From: Bdellovibrionota bacterium
GTDB lineage: Bacteria; Bdellovibrionota_C; UBA2361; JBGSMV01
Direction: 5' to 3'
Assembly: GCA_041739995.1 (NCBI GenBank)
Contig: JBGSMV010000031.1
Coordinates: 107,640 to 171,639, forward strand
Length of the DNA stretch: 64,000 bases
Shown here: positions 39,842 to 48,856 of the stretch, piece after piece
How the letters are laid out: every line of letters starts with the position of its first letter
How positions within the stretch are numbered: the first letter of the stretch is position 1
Made by a program: the position numbers and the translations under genes
Notes under the pieces: model-generated
What the model was told of the DNA's origin: nothing
The model's database searches: none
What the model saw: the letters and a program-made list of their open reading frames with translations, nothing else

Positions 39842-42661
39842 TCAGATAACTTCGTGAACCCCAGAATCCGCTTTCAAATCCGGCCTGCTAGCATCAGGGG
39901 CGGGAGTGGGCGGAGTCGGGTTCGTTCCATTGGCTGTTTTACTCGCCTCTGCCGCCGAGAGCGCAGCTTCTTCCTCTTGACGGGCCCGTCGCTCTTGAGC
40001 AGCAACTAGATCAACTTCGTATTCCTTAAGCTTCTTGTTGCGCTCGTCTGCTGAAAGGGAAAGAAACTCTAGGTATTTAGTAAGGCTATACTGAATACCC
40101 ACAGCGCCTGGTTCATCCTTACCCATCTTCCCAAAGTTGAGATCGAAGGCTTGTTCAATCTTGGACGGATCTCCGTCTGACACGACGACTCCCAGAGCGC
40201 GTAGATCTCCGGCCTTGATGGCCTCCTGGTTGCTCTGGCTTGGAAATACGAGCAGAACTGACTTCAACGAATCTGCTGCAGGAACTGCTGGTAGCGAACA
40301 TTCTAAGAACTGCACATCCGTGGTTTTCACGCCCGCAAGGCCCATGGCTGCATCGATTGCCTCCTGATTGAGGTTCGATTTTGCTGCAACTTGGGTGCCT
40401 GAAATGCCCCGAATAATTCGAGCGACCTGGTCAGGTTGCACGAAGATATTATTAAAAGCTTTCACGTTCTGGTCGCTCTTAAGTTCCAAGTAATTTTCAC
40501 ACTTGCGTGTCGACTTCTCGCTAAAAAGATCTCGAGATGTTTTCGCAAAGTCGAAGCGCGTGCCCTTCCAAGCCTTAGCGAAATCCTGCTGGACGGTGAT
40601 GCCCTTAAGATTCATGGCAACCAGGTCACCCTCACATTTTCCGTCGACGAACTTAGCGCCAGAAACTGTTCCGACCCCAACCACATCACGGCCGATACTA
40701 TACTTCTCAAAAGTTGGGTTCTGGAGGTCCAGATCCATGGTGGTCGACCCTGAGGGGTTGAAGGTCTTGAACAGAACATCCTTCCCAGAAATCTTGAGCA
40801 CGGAATCAGCTACATCCAACGCGAGCTCTGCACCAGGAGCGCAGCGCAGGTTGAGCCCAACTGCCTTGAACGGGGTACCGTGGGCTACAGGGTCGAGCAG
40901 CAGTTTTTTCACTGTGAACTCTTTGCTGAGCGTAAGATTTCTAAAGTAGTCGTTATCAATCGCGTCCGTTGCCGTTGCTTCGGATCCTTTGAGTAGAAGA
41001 CCAACCTTGGCGTCATCAAGAGTGGCAAACTGAGTGAGCGCTGCTCTATCGACTATCACTTCAAGTTCAACGCCTTTGCCCACATGGCTAAGCACGCAGC
41101 TACCATCTGGATCCACGCGGAATGAACTTCCCGGGATACCAAGATCAAGCGGTTGGCCCGAAGCTTCGATAACCTTAGCCCAGTCAACTAGCTCAACCTC
41201 GTCTCGGTCGCCGACGATACCCTCTTGAAGTGGCTCTTCCTCATGCTTCTTATCTTCTTCAGGAGAAGCCGGGGGTGCTTCGGATACCTTAGCGCCTATC
41301 TCCTCGAGCGCCTGCAGGTCGTTGGCTGACCGCAGATCAGATTTAACAAGTCGTTGCTTTTCTATCGGAAGTCCGCGCGCATCTTGCCAAATCGCAAGAA
41401 TCTTCTCTTCGAACGGCTTCGCTTTCTTGAACGCATCCACATCAGTCGTAGTAAGAACCCGTACCTGCTTTGCAGCTGATTGTTTGGGTGTCAAATATTC
41501 TAGTTTCTCTTGCTGAACAATGATGCTCACTGCTTCTGCACGCGCTTCGACCGATCGGTTGGCTCGAACAAGATCACGAGCACTGAGGGCTTCGGCAATT
41601 TCCTTCTTGACCTGACGGTGGTTCCCTTTGAAATGGTCACCCAGATTTTTCTTGGCCGTTTCCCAGAGCTCAACTCTGCGAGTAAGCACGCTACAGGCAT
41701 CTTCAATATATTTGAGCGAGTAATCTCCAGGGTGCGCTTCCATTGCAGGGAAGAATCGATTGGCTTTCTCGCGACTATAAAGGCCTCCTTCGACCGCTCG
41801 TGATATCAAATCATGAAGTTTGTTAAGTGCTTCCTCTCTCCGTTCCTCAGGACTCGGTGCTGTAGGTGATCCACCTGACGTTTTATTGCCTGCTGCCGCG
41901 GGGGGAGATTCCGATGTTCCTTTATCCGACGCGTCAGCTCCGGACGCAGCTTTCGGGGCAGCTCCCTTCCCTGCTGCTGGCGCGCTGCCGGGGGTCGAAT
42001 CTCTGCCTGAGGTATCAGAATTTTCGACTCCTGTCGCTGTCTTAGACTTTGCGGCAGTTCCATCTGGCGACGTCCCATCCGCGGTAGCGGGCGAGTCTTT
42101 CGCAATCAAAGGAGCAATGACAGATGCAACTTTTGGATCATCGTGCGCTACATCTTTGAGCGCTCGACGGGCATGGTCCCATGGGGTTCCAGTGAGAGTC
42201 TTCAGCGCCGTAACGCCATGCACCGGAAGAATCTGCTCAGGAGACACTCTGGCCTCTTCGCAGAACTCGGCGAACGTCTGTGCCTTTCCTTCTCCCAGAT
42301 CTACTTTGTCACCAGACAGCTTCTGTCGAACGAGAGTAGACCACGAGCCTTGCCCTTTGAGCGTTAAAAACTTTTCAAGAGTTTCGAGTTCGGATGCATT
42401 CAGCTTTGCCTCTTGAGCACGAGCTCTAGTTGCTTGGCAGAACTTCTCTAGGTTCGATTGACTTATGGTTGGGGTCTTTGGTTGCGCGTCGCCGTTCTGC
42501 TCAGTCTCTAAGATTTTTGGGGCGCTACCGTTCAAATTGGTACTAGTAAGTACGACAACCGCCTTCGCACCACCGATACAAAGCTCCGCCCTCGCCTCTT
42601 TCGCATCCTTGGTCGCTGGTTGTTTCCCCGCACCCTCTGCTGCTGATTGTTGCGCTGTCAT
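39842..42661 (-). CDS. Large hypothetical protein (~939 aa)
   Basis: Long open frame; RBS GAGG before ATG 42661; low-complexity A/P/S/G linker; no family motif recognised. Confidence 0.75.
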   Translation of the reverse strand: MTAQQSAAEGAGKQPATKDAKEARAELCIGGAKAVVVLTSTNLNGSAPKILETEQNGDAQPKTPTISQSNLEKFCQATRARAQEAKLNASELETLEKFLTLKGQGSWSTLVRQKLSGDKVDLGEGKAQTFAEFCEEARVSPEQILPVHGVTALKTLTGTPWDHARRALKDVAHDDPKVASVIAPLIAKDSPATADGTSPDGTAAKSKTATGVENSDTSGRDSTPGSAPAAGKGAAPKAASGADASDKGTSESPPAAAGNKTSGGSPTAPSPEERREEALNKLHDLISRAVEGGLYSREKANRFFPAMEAHPGDYSLKYIEDACSVLTRRVELWETAKKNLGDHFKGNHRQVKKEIAEALSARDLVRANRSVEARAEAVSIIVQQEKLEYLTPKQSAAKQVRVLTTTDVDAFKKAKPFEEKILAIWQDARGLPIEKQRLVKSDLRSANDLQALEEIGAKVSEAPPASPEEDKKHEEEPLQEGIVGDRDEVELVDWAKVIEASGQPLDLGIPGSSFRVDPDGSCVLSHVGKGVELEVIVDRAALTQFATLDDAKVGLLLKGSEATATDAIDNDYFRNLTLSKEFTVKKLLLDPVAHGTPFKAVGLNLRCAPGAELALDVADSVLKISGKDVLFKTFNPSGSTTMDLDLQNPTFEKYSIGRDVVGVGTVSGAKFVDGKCEGDLVAMNLKGITVQQDFAKAWKGTRFDFAKTSRDLFSEKSTRKCENYLELKSDQNVKAFNNIFVQPDQVARIIRGISGTQVAAKSNLNQEAIDAAMGLAGVKTTDVQFLECSLPAVPAADSLKSVLLVFPSQSNQEAIKAGDLRALGVVVSDGDPSKIEQAFDLNFGKMGKDEPGAVGIQYSLTKYLEFLSLSADERNKKLKEYEVDLVAAQERRARQEEEAALSAAEASKTANGTNPTPPTPAPDASRPDLKADSGVHEVI

Positions 42662-42816
42662 GACATCCTCAAAAGTGTGACCACCCAGGGTACCGACAAG
42701 GGTACCGCTACTCAAACCAGGCCCAGGGCCCGATATTTCGAGCCTGCAAACGAAAACACGCCTAGCCGACACTGTTATGGCGACTCTCCCCACCGACCGC
42801 TCCTAACGACCCCCTC

Positions 42817-42833
42817 CTGGAGCCGGGCTCCTC
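42817..42833. repeat. 17-bp palindromic element, inverted copy of 45079-45095
   Basis: ctggagccgggctcctc is the exact reverse complement of gaggagcccggctccag; partial copies at 42950-42961 and 45111-45126. Confidence 0.7.
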
Positions 42834-43111
42834 TCCCAACCACTTCCTCAAATAAATCTAATACCTTAACCGCCTAGCCACCAAATGAATCGGTGGCTCT
42901 CATGCACTTCATCGCAGAAACCGATATGCCAAGACCCCGATCGCCCTTATGGAGCCGGGCTACCATCTCCAAATACCTAGAGACGGGTGCGTGCTGGTGG
43001 GGGGGGCTCAATATGTGAAAGGCTGACCGATGGAAAACAACGAAGCTTCATTGAATGAGCTCTGAGCTCTCCAAGCCTGTACCAAGGAAGCTGAAACGAA
43101 ATTCAAGGCTC

Positions 43112-43149
43112 AAAGCAAAACGGCTGTGCGAGTCTCCCCGCGCAGCCGT
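43112..43149 (-). terminator. Rho-independent terminator of ssb
   Basis: Minus strand acggctgcgcg-gggagact-cgcacagccgt followed by tttgcttt. Confidence 0.7.
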
Positions 43150-43224
43150 CCTGGTAAGCCAATTCTTCCCGAGGCTCTCTTGAAACCTCAGGCAGTCAGT
43201 TTGGCTATCAACCCTGTGGTCTAT

Positions 43225-43713
43225 TTAGAAAGGAATGTCATCGTCATCAAACGGAACTTCCGCCGATGCTTTGCTCCCTGAACTCGCAATCGCATCTGCG
43301 CTTGGCAACGAATTCATCAATCCTCGGCCCGCAGAAACTTCATCAGAGCTGCTACTTACTGAGACAGAATCCCCAGAAGATTTTCCAGCGCCACCGACGA
43401 ATTGAACCGTCGCTGCAACGATCTCTGTGGAATAGCGATCCTTGCCTTCCTTGTCCTGCCACTTACGGGTTTGAATTTTGCCTTCGATGAAGGCTTGGCG
43501 CCCCTTTTTCAAGTACTGACTGCAGTTCTCTGCCGTCTTTCCGAAAGTCACCACATTGTGCCACTCGGTATGATCAACCCAAGCACCACTCTGGTCTTTA
43601 CGACGCTCGCTGGTCGCCACGGAAAAACTACAGATTGGATTCTGCGCTGTGGTGTAGCGAAGCTCTGGATCCTTACCAAGATTGCCCAAAAGAAAGACTT
43701 TATTTACTCCCAT
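43225..43713 (-). CDS. ssb: Single-stranded DNA-binding protein
   Basis: VNKVFLLGNLGKDPELRY, TEWHNVV, EGKIQTRKW, C-terminal DDDIPF. Confidence 0.97.
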   Translation of the reverse strand: MGVNKVFLLGNLGKDPELRYTTAQNPICSFSVATSERRKDQSGAWVDHTEWHNVVTFGKTAENCSQYLKKGRQAFIEGKIQTRKWQDKEGKDRYSTEIVAATVQFVGGAGKSSGDSVSVSSSSDEVSAGRGLMNSLPSADAIASSGSKASAEVPFDDDDIPF

Positions 43714-43765
43714 ACTACATTCTCCTCTCTCAAAAATTGCATTCGTATCAATATAACAAACGTAT

Positions 43766-43792
43766 ATATCGACGAAATTCGGCGGGAGTTTC
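43766..43792 (-). promoter_or_regulatory. Sigma-28-type promoter candidate upstream of ssb
   Basis: Minus strand GAAA-ctcccgccgaatttc(15)-GTCGATAT; preceded by cac, as at 13751. Confidence 0.5.
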
Positions 43793-44352
43793 GTGTGCCC
43801 GATATCGCCCATCAGTACACGGCTTACCGCACCCCTCTAGCAGGCTCGTTGAATCCGGCGCAGAAACCACACGTTCCAAGCGAGCAGATATAGTCGATTG
43901 GGCGAGGCAATGAAAGTTAAAGCCACCGTCTCCGTACCCACTCACGCAGCTCGGTTAACAAATGGCATTTATTAGAGAATATTCCGATTTCCGAGGGGAT
44001 TTCTTAGTATCATATCAATAGCTCGCCTAACTTCGGCATTGAGGGCGGATAGAGCCCAAGGGGAAACGGCGCACTAAAACCAGCGCTCGAATATGACCCG
44101 CGCTTCACGACGAAGATTTTTAAGGCCTCGAATGAACTCTATTCGAAGCTGCCGATCCTCCGAGAGACACCACATGCGCTTTCCGGATCGCTCGGGTTGA
44201 TAGAATTGATCAATCGACTGCGAAATGAGTTTCCTCTGACACGATGACCTCGACCCTAGGTAGGCCGATGTGATAATCAGACCGCACCAGCCAAGCTCCA
44301 GAAGAAAAACGATGTGAGCGTCGTATCCCGGACTTGGACCAGAGGAGAGAAT

Positions 44353-45000
44353 ATGAAAGTCCGAGTAAGCCACCTCCCGCCCGAAGGACTCGCGGTCAAG
44401 AGCGAACTCTCATTAGAGAATCTAAATGCTCGCATGGGCGAAGGACGGCACGGCGATGACATCAAATTCACCTCCGCCCCTCAAGTCGACCTGGTGGTTA
44501 CCAAAACACCGCAAGGCGCCGAAACCAAGGGCAGGGTCTCTGCCCGCTACTCGCAACTCTGTGGACGCTGTGACGACGTCGTGGAGCGTAGCCTAGAGGT
44601 AGAAGCAAACTGGGTGATTCATCGAAAGCCAGATGCTCCCCATACCAAAACCAAGAAACACTCAGATCCACTGGGGCAGTCGCCGGATAAAAAGACCTTC
44701 GAGAAGAAGCCCAGTACCCGACCTTCTCAAGATGTCGAAGTTCATCCAGAAGACTTCGAGGACGATGTTGGAATTTCCTTTTTTGAGGGCGACCAGTTTG
44801 ACCTGGAGTCACTCCTTCAAGAACTACTGATCCTTCAACTTGACCCGTATTGGCACCCGACCTGCAACAGCTCGGGTGAATGTTCTTGTTGCGGGAAGGT
44901 GGTGGAAGTACCCGATGAAGATGGACAAGCAGGCACGGCTCCTCTTGAGAATATTTCGTTGGGGGCTCTACTGAAAAAAGCAGGGATATCGAATAACTAG
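44353..45000 (+). CDS. yceD: YceD/DUF177 family protein
   Basis: CGRC; DLESLLQELLIL; C-terminal P.C...C..CG; RBS GAGGAG. Confidence 0.8.
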   Translation: MKVRVSHLPPEGLAVKSELSLENLNARMGEGRHGDDIKFTSAPQVDLVVTKTPQGAETKGRVSARYSQLCGRCDDVVERSLEVEANWVIHRKPDAPHTKTKKHSDPLGQSPDKKTFEKKPSTRPSQDVEVHPEDFEDDVGISFFEGDQFDLESLLQELLILQLDPYWHPTCNSSGECSCCGKVVEVPDEDGQAGTAPLENISLGALLKKAGISNN

Positions 45001-45078
45001 CAGTCGCTCCGCAACCTCCCCAATGCGCTGCTTGGTGTTAAGAACAGGCAGGGACTAGAGTCCGGTCGAAGCTAGATT

Positions 45079-45137
45079 GAGGAGCCCGGCTCCAGAGAAG
45101 GGCTCAAGTGGAGGAGCCCCCTCCAGAATAAGGCTCA
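45079..45137. repeat. Two imperfect ~27-bp direct repeats carrying the GGAGCC(N)GGCTCC palindrome
   Basis: gaggagcccggctccagagaagggctca (45079-45106) and gaggagccccctccagaataaggctca (45111-45137). Confidence 0.7.
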
Positions 45138-46304
45138 TCCCGACGTCGCTGCGCGGACGGCGATTTGCTCGATTTCAGACGGCTTTAGTTTTAGCTCTCT
45201 GCTTAGCGCCTCAATAAAGGGCATCCGTCGAGCTGCAACGAGCTCATAAACCCGCATCATCGCAGGCAAACCGAAACGAGCTTCAATGCCATGAAAATAC
45301 ATCGATGCTCGCGAGTAGTCCTGCCCGGAATATCCAAACGTCCAAGAACCTGGTCTCTGCTGCATCGCCTCTATCGCTTGCCTTCTATGTGTCTGCGCAA
45401 CTACCCCACGTTGAATGAGACTTGATTGGTCAGCTGCAAACGACTCAAACCAAGTCGCAAAACCCTCGGCACGCACACCCTCCGGAGGAAGAGGCCGAGC
45501 GAGCAAGTAATATTCAACCGCGTGACCAATTTCATGCACAAGAAGTTGCGCAAGCTCCGAATCAGCTACCACGCTCGCTGTCGCTCTGCCGCTACATTGC
45601 CCAGTCACCCGCGAAGCCACCACATAGATATTCGCAGGCGGGGTCATCCACCCTGGATGACACGTCGTACGTAAATACTCAGGAATTTGACCAGCCGGGA
45701 GATCTCCATCGAAGAAAACCACCTGCCAGTTCAGTCGAAGGTTTTTAACTCGTGGTGGGAAAGCTTTGCGCTTAAGCGCCTTACTCGCAGTCAATGCTGC
45801 GTCAGCCATGGCGCGTTCCGGAGTTCTCCCGAATAACCTCTCAACCGACCGGGGCCATCGCAACTCAATCGGACCAAGCGCTGAATTCATCGATACTCGG
45901 CGAATACTCCCCTCGAGATCTACCTCAGACGGCGCCGCTAACTGAACAGACGAAGGAACTCCAGTACCGCCTCTTCCCACGCTGGGCATGCCTGTTGGCT
46001 TCTCCAGCGGATTGAACGGCCCAGACCTCTGTGGCACCTTTTCCGCTTCCTTCGCCACCGTCGAGGAGCCTTGAAAACACCGCGCAGAATCTCGGTAAGT
46101 CTCAGGTACGGCGCTGCGGCCGTTGACCTGGCGCACCGCTCCGCTGCTTTCCGTAAAAATACAAAACTCTGAAACGCCCTGCCCAAGAAGAGGGCTCGGG
46201 CTAAGACAGGCCACGATACAGAAAGGAATATAAAACGTCGTGATCCTTAAGAACCGTCGAACTTTGTGGGCCGCTATGGCTACTTGCTTCAGCCGCACCC
46301 GCAA
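45135..46304 (-). CDS. Putative exported zinc metallopeptidase (gluzincin/MA-like)
   Basis: LVHEIGH followed by AEGFA; N-terminal hydrophobic segment; directly downstream of lon. Confidence 0.65.
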   Translation of the reverse strand: MRVRLKQVAIAAHKVRRFLRITTFYIPFCIVACLSPSPLLGQGVSEFCIFTESSGAVRQVNGRSAVPETYRDSARCFQGSSTVAKEAEKVPQRSGPFNPLEKPTGMPSVGRGGTGVPSSVQLAAPSEVDLEGSIRRVSMNSALGPIELRWPRSVERLFGRTPERAMADAALTASKALKRKAFPPRVKNLRLNWQVVFFDGDLPAGQIPEYLRTTCHPGWMTPPANIYVVASRVTGQCSGRATASVVADSELAQLLVHEIGHAVEYYLLARPLPPEGVRAEGFATWFESFAADQSSLIQRGVVAQTHRRQAIEAMQQRPGSWTFGYSGQDYSRASMYFHGIEARFGLPAMMRVYELVAARRMPFIEALSRELKLKPSEIEQIAVRAATSG

Positions 46305-46309
46305 ACCTC

Positions 46310-48856
46310 CTAGGCTTCCGCAGTCAGCGGCGAACCCCCGCGCTTCAACTTCTTAGGACCAATGCGACGCGTCTTGCCTCGCCCTGGTAAAAGAGCAATC
46401 TCCAATACCTCGGAGATGTGTTTGACGGGAACAAACTTGATCCGAGCGCGTTGCTCCTTCGGGATATCTTCAATATCCTTTATGTTCTCAAACGGAATAA
46501 TAATCTTAGTAATTCCGTAGCGGAGTGCGGCCAGCGCCTTCTCTTTAAGGCCACCCACGGGAAGAATATTTCCTCTGAGTGTGATTTCGCCGGTCATGGC
46601 GATCTCCTTTGATACCTTGCGTTGAGTCAACGCCGAAACTAAGGCAGTCCCAATCGTGATTCCTGCAGATGGCCCGTCTTTAGGCGTCGCACCTCCTGGA
46701 ACATGAATGTGAATGTCGTAGCTGTCCGTAAACTTAGGGTCTATGCCGAGTTGCTCTGCGTTCGCTCGAGCATAGAACAACGCTGCTTGAGCAGACTCTT
46801 GCATCACACTTCCAAGCTGTCCGGTGAGATTCAAAGACCCTTTCCCGGCTGCGATGGAAGCCTCGATCGGCATCATCTCGCCGCCATAGATGGTCCAGGC
46901 CAACCCGCGCACTAGGCCCACTAAATCTCTCTTCTCGTTCGAGTCCGGGTCAAACTTGGTATTCCCAAGCAACGCAGTAACATCGCGCGTCGAGATAAGT
47001 TTCTTTGGCTTGCTGCCATTGGCAACGCCGCGAGCTACTTTTCGAAGCAAAGAACCAAGTTCTCGTTCGAGATTTCGCACACCGGCTTCATGCGTATAGC
47101 GCTCAATGACGTAAAGAAGCGCTGAGTCATCGATAGAAAACTTAAAGTTTTCGAGCCCGTTTTCCTTACGCTGTCGTGGAATCAGATATTTCTTAGCGAT
47201 ATGCACCTTTTCATCAGTGGTATAGCCAGAAATGTATATCACCTCTAAGCGGTCAAGGAGCGCATCGGGAATGGTATCCATGGTGTTGGCAGTCGCCACA
47301 AACAAAATACTGGAAAGGTCGAACGGCATGTTCAGATAATGATCTCTGAAATCCTTATTCTGAGCAGGATCCAAAACTTCAAGCAGAGCCGATGAGGGGT
47401 CTCCTCTATAATCAGCCCCAACTTTGTCGAGTTCATCCAGAACAAATACCGGATTCCTACTGCCGCAAGACTTTAGGCCTTGCAGGATTCTTCCTGGCAG
47501 AGCGCCAACATAGGTTCGTCGATGTCCTCGAATTTCTGCCTCATCCCGCACACCGCCAAGTGACATGCGAAAGAATTTACGGTCGAGCGCATGCGCAATC
47601 GAACGTCCGAGAGAAGTCTTCCCCACTCCTGGAGGTCCCACGAAGCATAGAATCGGCCCCTTGGATTCCGGGTTCAATTTGCGAACTGCTAGATACTCAA
47701 GGATTCTGTCCTTGGCTTTCTCTATCCCGTAGTGGTCCGCATCAAGAATTCGCTTGGCACGCTTTAAGTCGAGCCGATCGTCTGTGGTCGTAGTCCAAGG
47801 AAGATCCGCTACCCACTCAAGATAAGTGCGAAGCATTGCGTACTCACTTGACTCCGCATGCATGCGCTCAAGACGACTCAGTTGCTTGAACGCTTCGCCA
47901 CGCGCAAAGTCAGGAAGCTTCACTTTTTCAAGGGCCTGACGCAGTTGCTTCAAGTCGTCAGCATCCCCTGCCTCTTCCCCGAGCTCACGCTGAATCTGCT
48001 TTACTTGCTCACGCAGAAAGAATTCACGCTGCCCTTTGGTCATCTCATCGCGAGCCTGATCTCTGATTCGTTCAGATACCAGCAAACGACTGAGATCATC
48101 ACTTATCATCGAGTCACAAGTGCGAATACGCTTGAGAGGATCGAGTTCTTCTAAAATGGCCTGGGCATAATCAATATCAAGCTTGTAGTGCGCGACGATA
48201 ACGTCAGTAAGTACTCCCGGATCGGAAATGTCTTGTGTCACCACCAGCATTTCCTCAGGCAAATGTTCGTGCTCGACCAGTACCTGCAGATTTTCACGAA
48301 CGCGATTGATGATGGCCTCATCCTGGGCAGAGAGTCGCTTCACTTCCATCGGAGCCAAGGGGACAATCGTCGCGTAAGTAATGCCTTCACGATTCTTGTA
48401 CTCCGTTACTCGCGCTCTCACGATGCCTTGCAGCAGAACCTTGTAGCGACCATCAGGGAGCCGCAAAGTTCTTACAATATTGGCGACAACTCCGATCGAG
48501 AAAAGCTCTTTGGAAGTTGGATTTTCAGTGTCGGCGTTGCGCTGAGCGACCACAAGTATCAGCGCATTCTTCTCTCCTGCATGCTCAACGGCTTTTATGC
48601 TCGCTGCTCGTCCCACATGCAAAGACATCATCACGGAAGGGAAAGCCACCATGTCTTTGGTCGGAAGAACCGGGAGCACCTCAGGAACTGATATCATCTC
48701 AGTCTGCGGCACAGCTTTTCGCGCGCCAGCCGATTTTCCCTTTGCTGAAGACTTGGCTGAAGATTTCGCCGAAGATTTATTAGCGCGCGACGTTACTTTC
48801 TTCGCCTTCGCTGTTTTGCTTGCCGTACTGGAACCCTTCTTCCGCTTTGCGCTCAT
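46310..48856 (-). CDS. lon: ATP-dependent protease La
   Basis: LON N domain, GPPGVGKTS, GHRRTYVGALPG, LDELDK, KDGPSAG, GGLKEK. Confidence 0.97.
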   Translation of the reverse strand: MSAKRKKGSSTASKTAKAKKVTSRANKSSAKSSAKSSAKGKSAGARKAVPQTEMISVPEVLPVLPTKDMVAFPSVMMSLHVGRAASIKAVEHAGEKNALILVVAQRNADTENPTSKELFSIGVVANIVRTLRLPDGRYKVLLQGIVRARVTEYKNREGITYATIVPLAPMEVKRLSAQDEAIINRVRENLQVLVEHEHLPEEMLVVTQDISDPGVLTDVIVAHYKLDIDYAQAILEELDPLKRIRTCDSMISDDLSRLLVSERIRDQARDEMTKGQREFFLREQVKQIQRELGEEAGDADDLKQLRQALEKVKLPDFARGEAFKQLSRLERMHAESSEYAMLRTYLEWVADLPWTTTTDDRLDLKRAKRILDADHYGIEKAKDRILEYLAVRKLNPESKGPILCFVGPPGVGKTSLGRSIAHALDRKFFRMSLGGVRDEAEIRGHRRTYVGALPGRILQGLKSCGSRNPVFVLDELDKVGADYRGDPSSALLEVLDPAQNKDFRDHYLNMPFDLSSILFVATANTMDTIPDALLDRLEVIYISGYTTDEKVHIAKKYLIPRQRKENGLENFKFSIDDSALLYVIERYTHEAGVRNLERELGSLLRKVARGVANGSKPKKLISTRDVTALLGNTKFDPDSNEKRDLVGLVRGLAWTIYGGEMMPIEASIAAGKGSLNLTGQLGSVMQESAQAALFYARANAEQLGIDPKFTDSYDIHIHVPGGATPKDGPSAGITIGTALVSALTQRKVSKEIAMTGEITLRGNILPVGGLKEKALAALRYGITKIIIPFENIKDIEDIPKEQRARIKFVPVKHISEVLEIALLPGRGKTRRIGPKKLKRGGSPLTAEA

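Noticed and set aside
42900..42927. TCATG-N15-ACCGATAT sigma-28-like match on the + strand
   Set aside because: No credible downstream gene on that strand.
43157..43206. Hairpin with an internal loop just downstream of ssb
   Set aside because: Adequately explained as 3' UTR structure before the terminator; no known RNA family recognised.
44053..44247. Protein-like open frame (SPRGNGALKPALEYDPRFTTKIF...EFPLTR*) between ssb and yceD
   Set aside because: Bounded by an upstream TAG with no early start codon or RBS; could be a gene remnant but cannot be supported without a homology search.
45079..45137. Possible mini-CRISPR array
   Set aside because: Only two imperfect repeats separated by 4 nt; no spacers and no cas genes.
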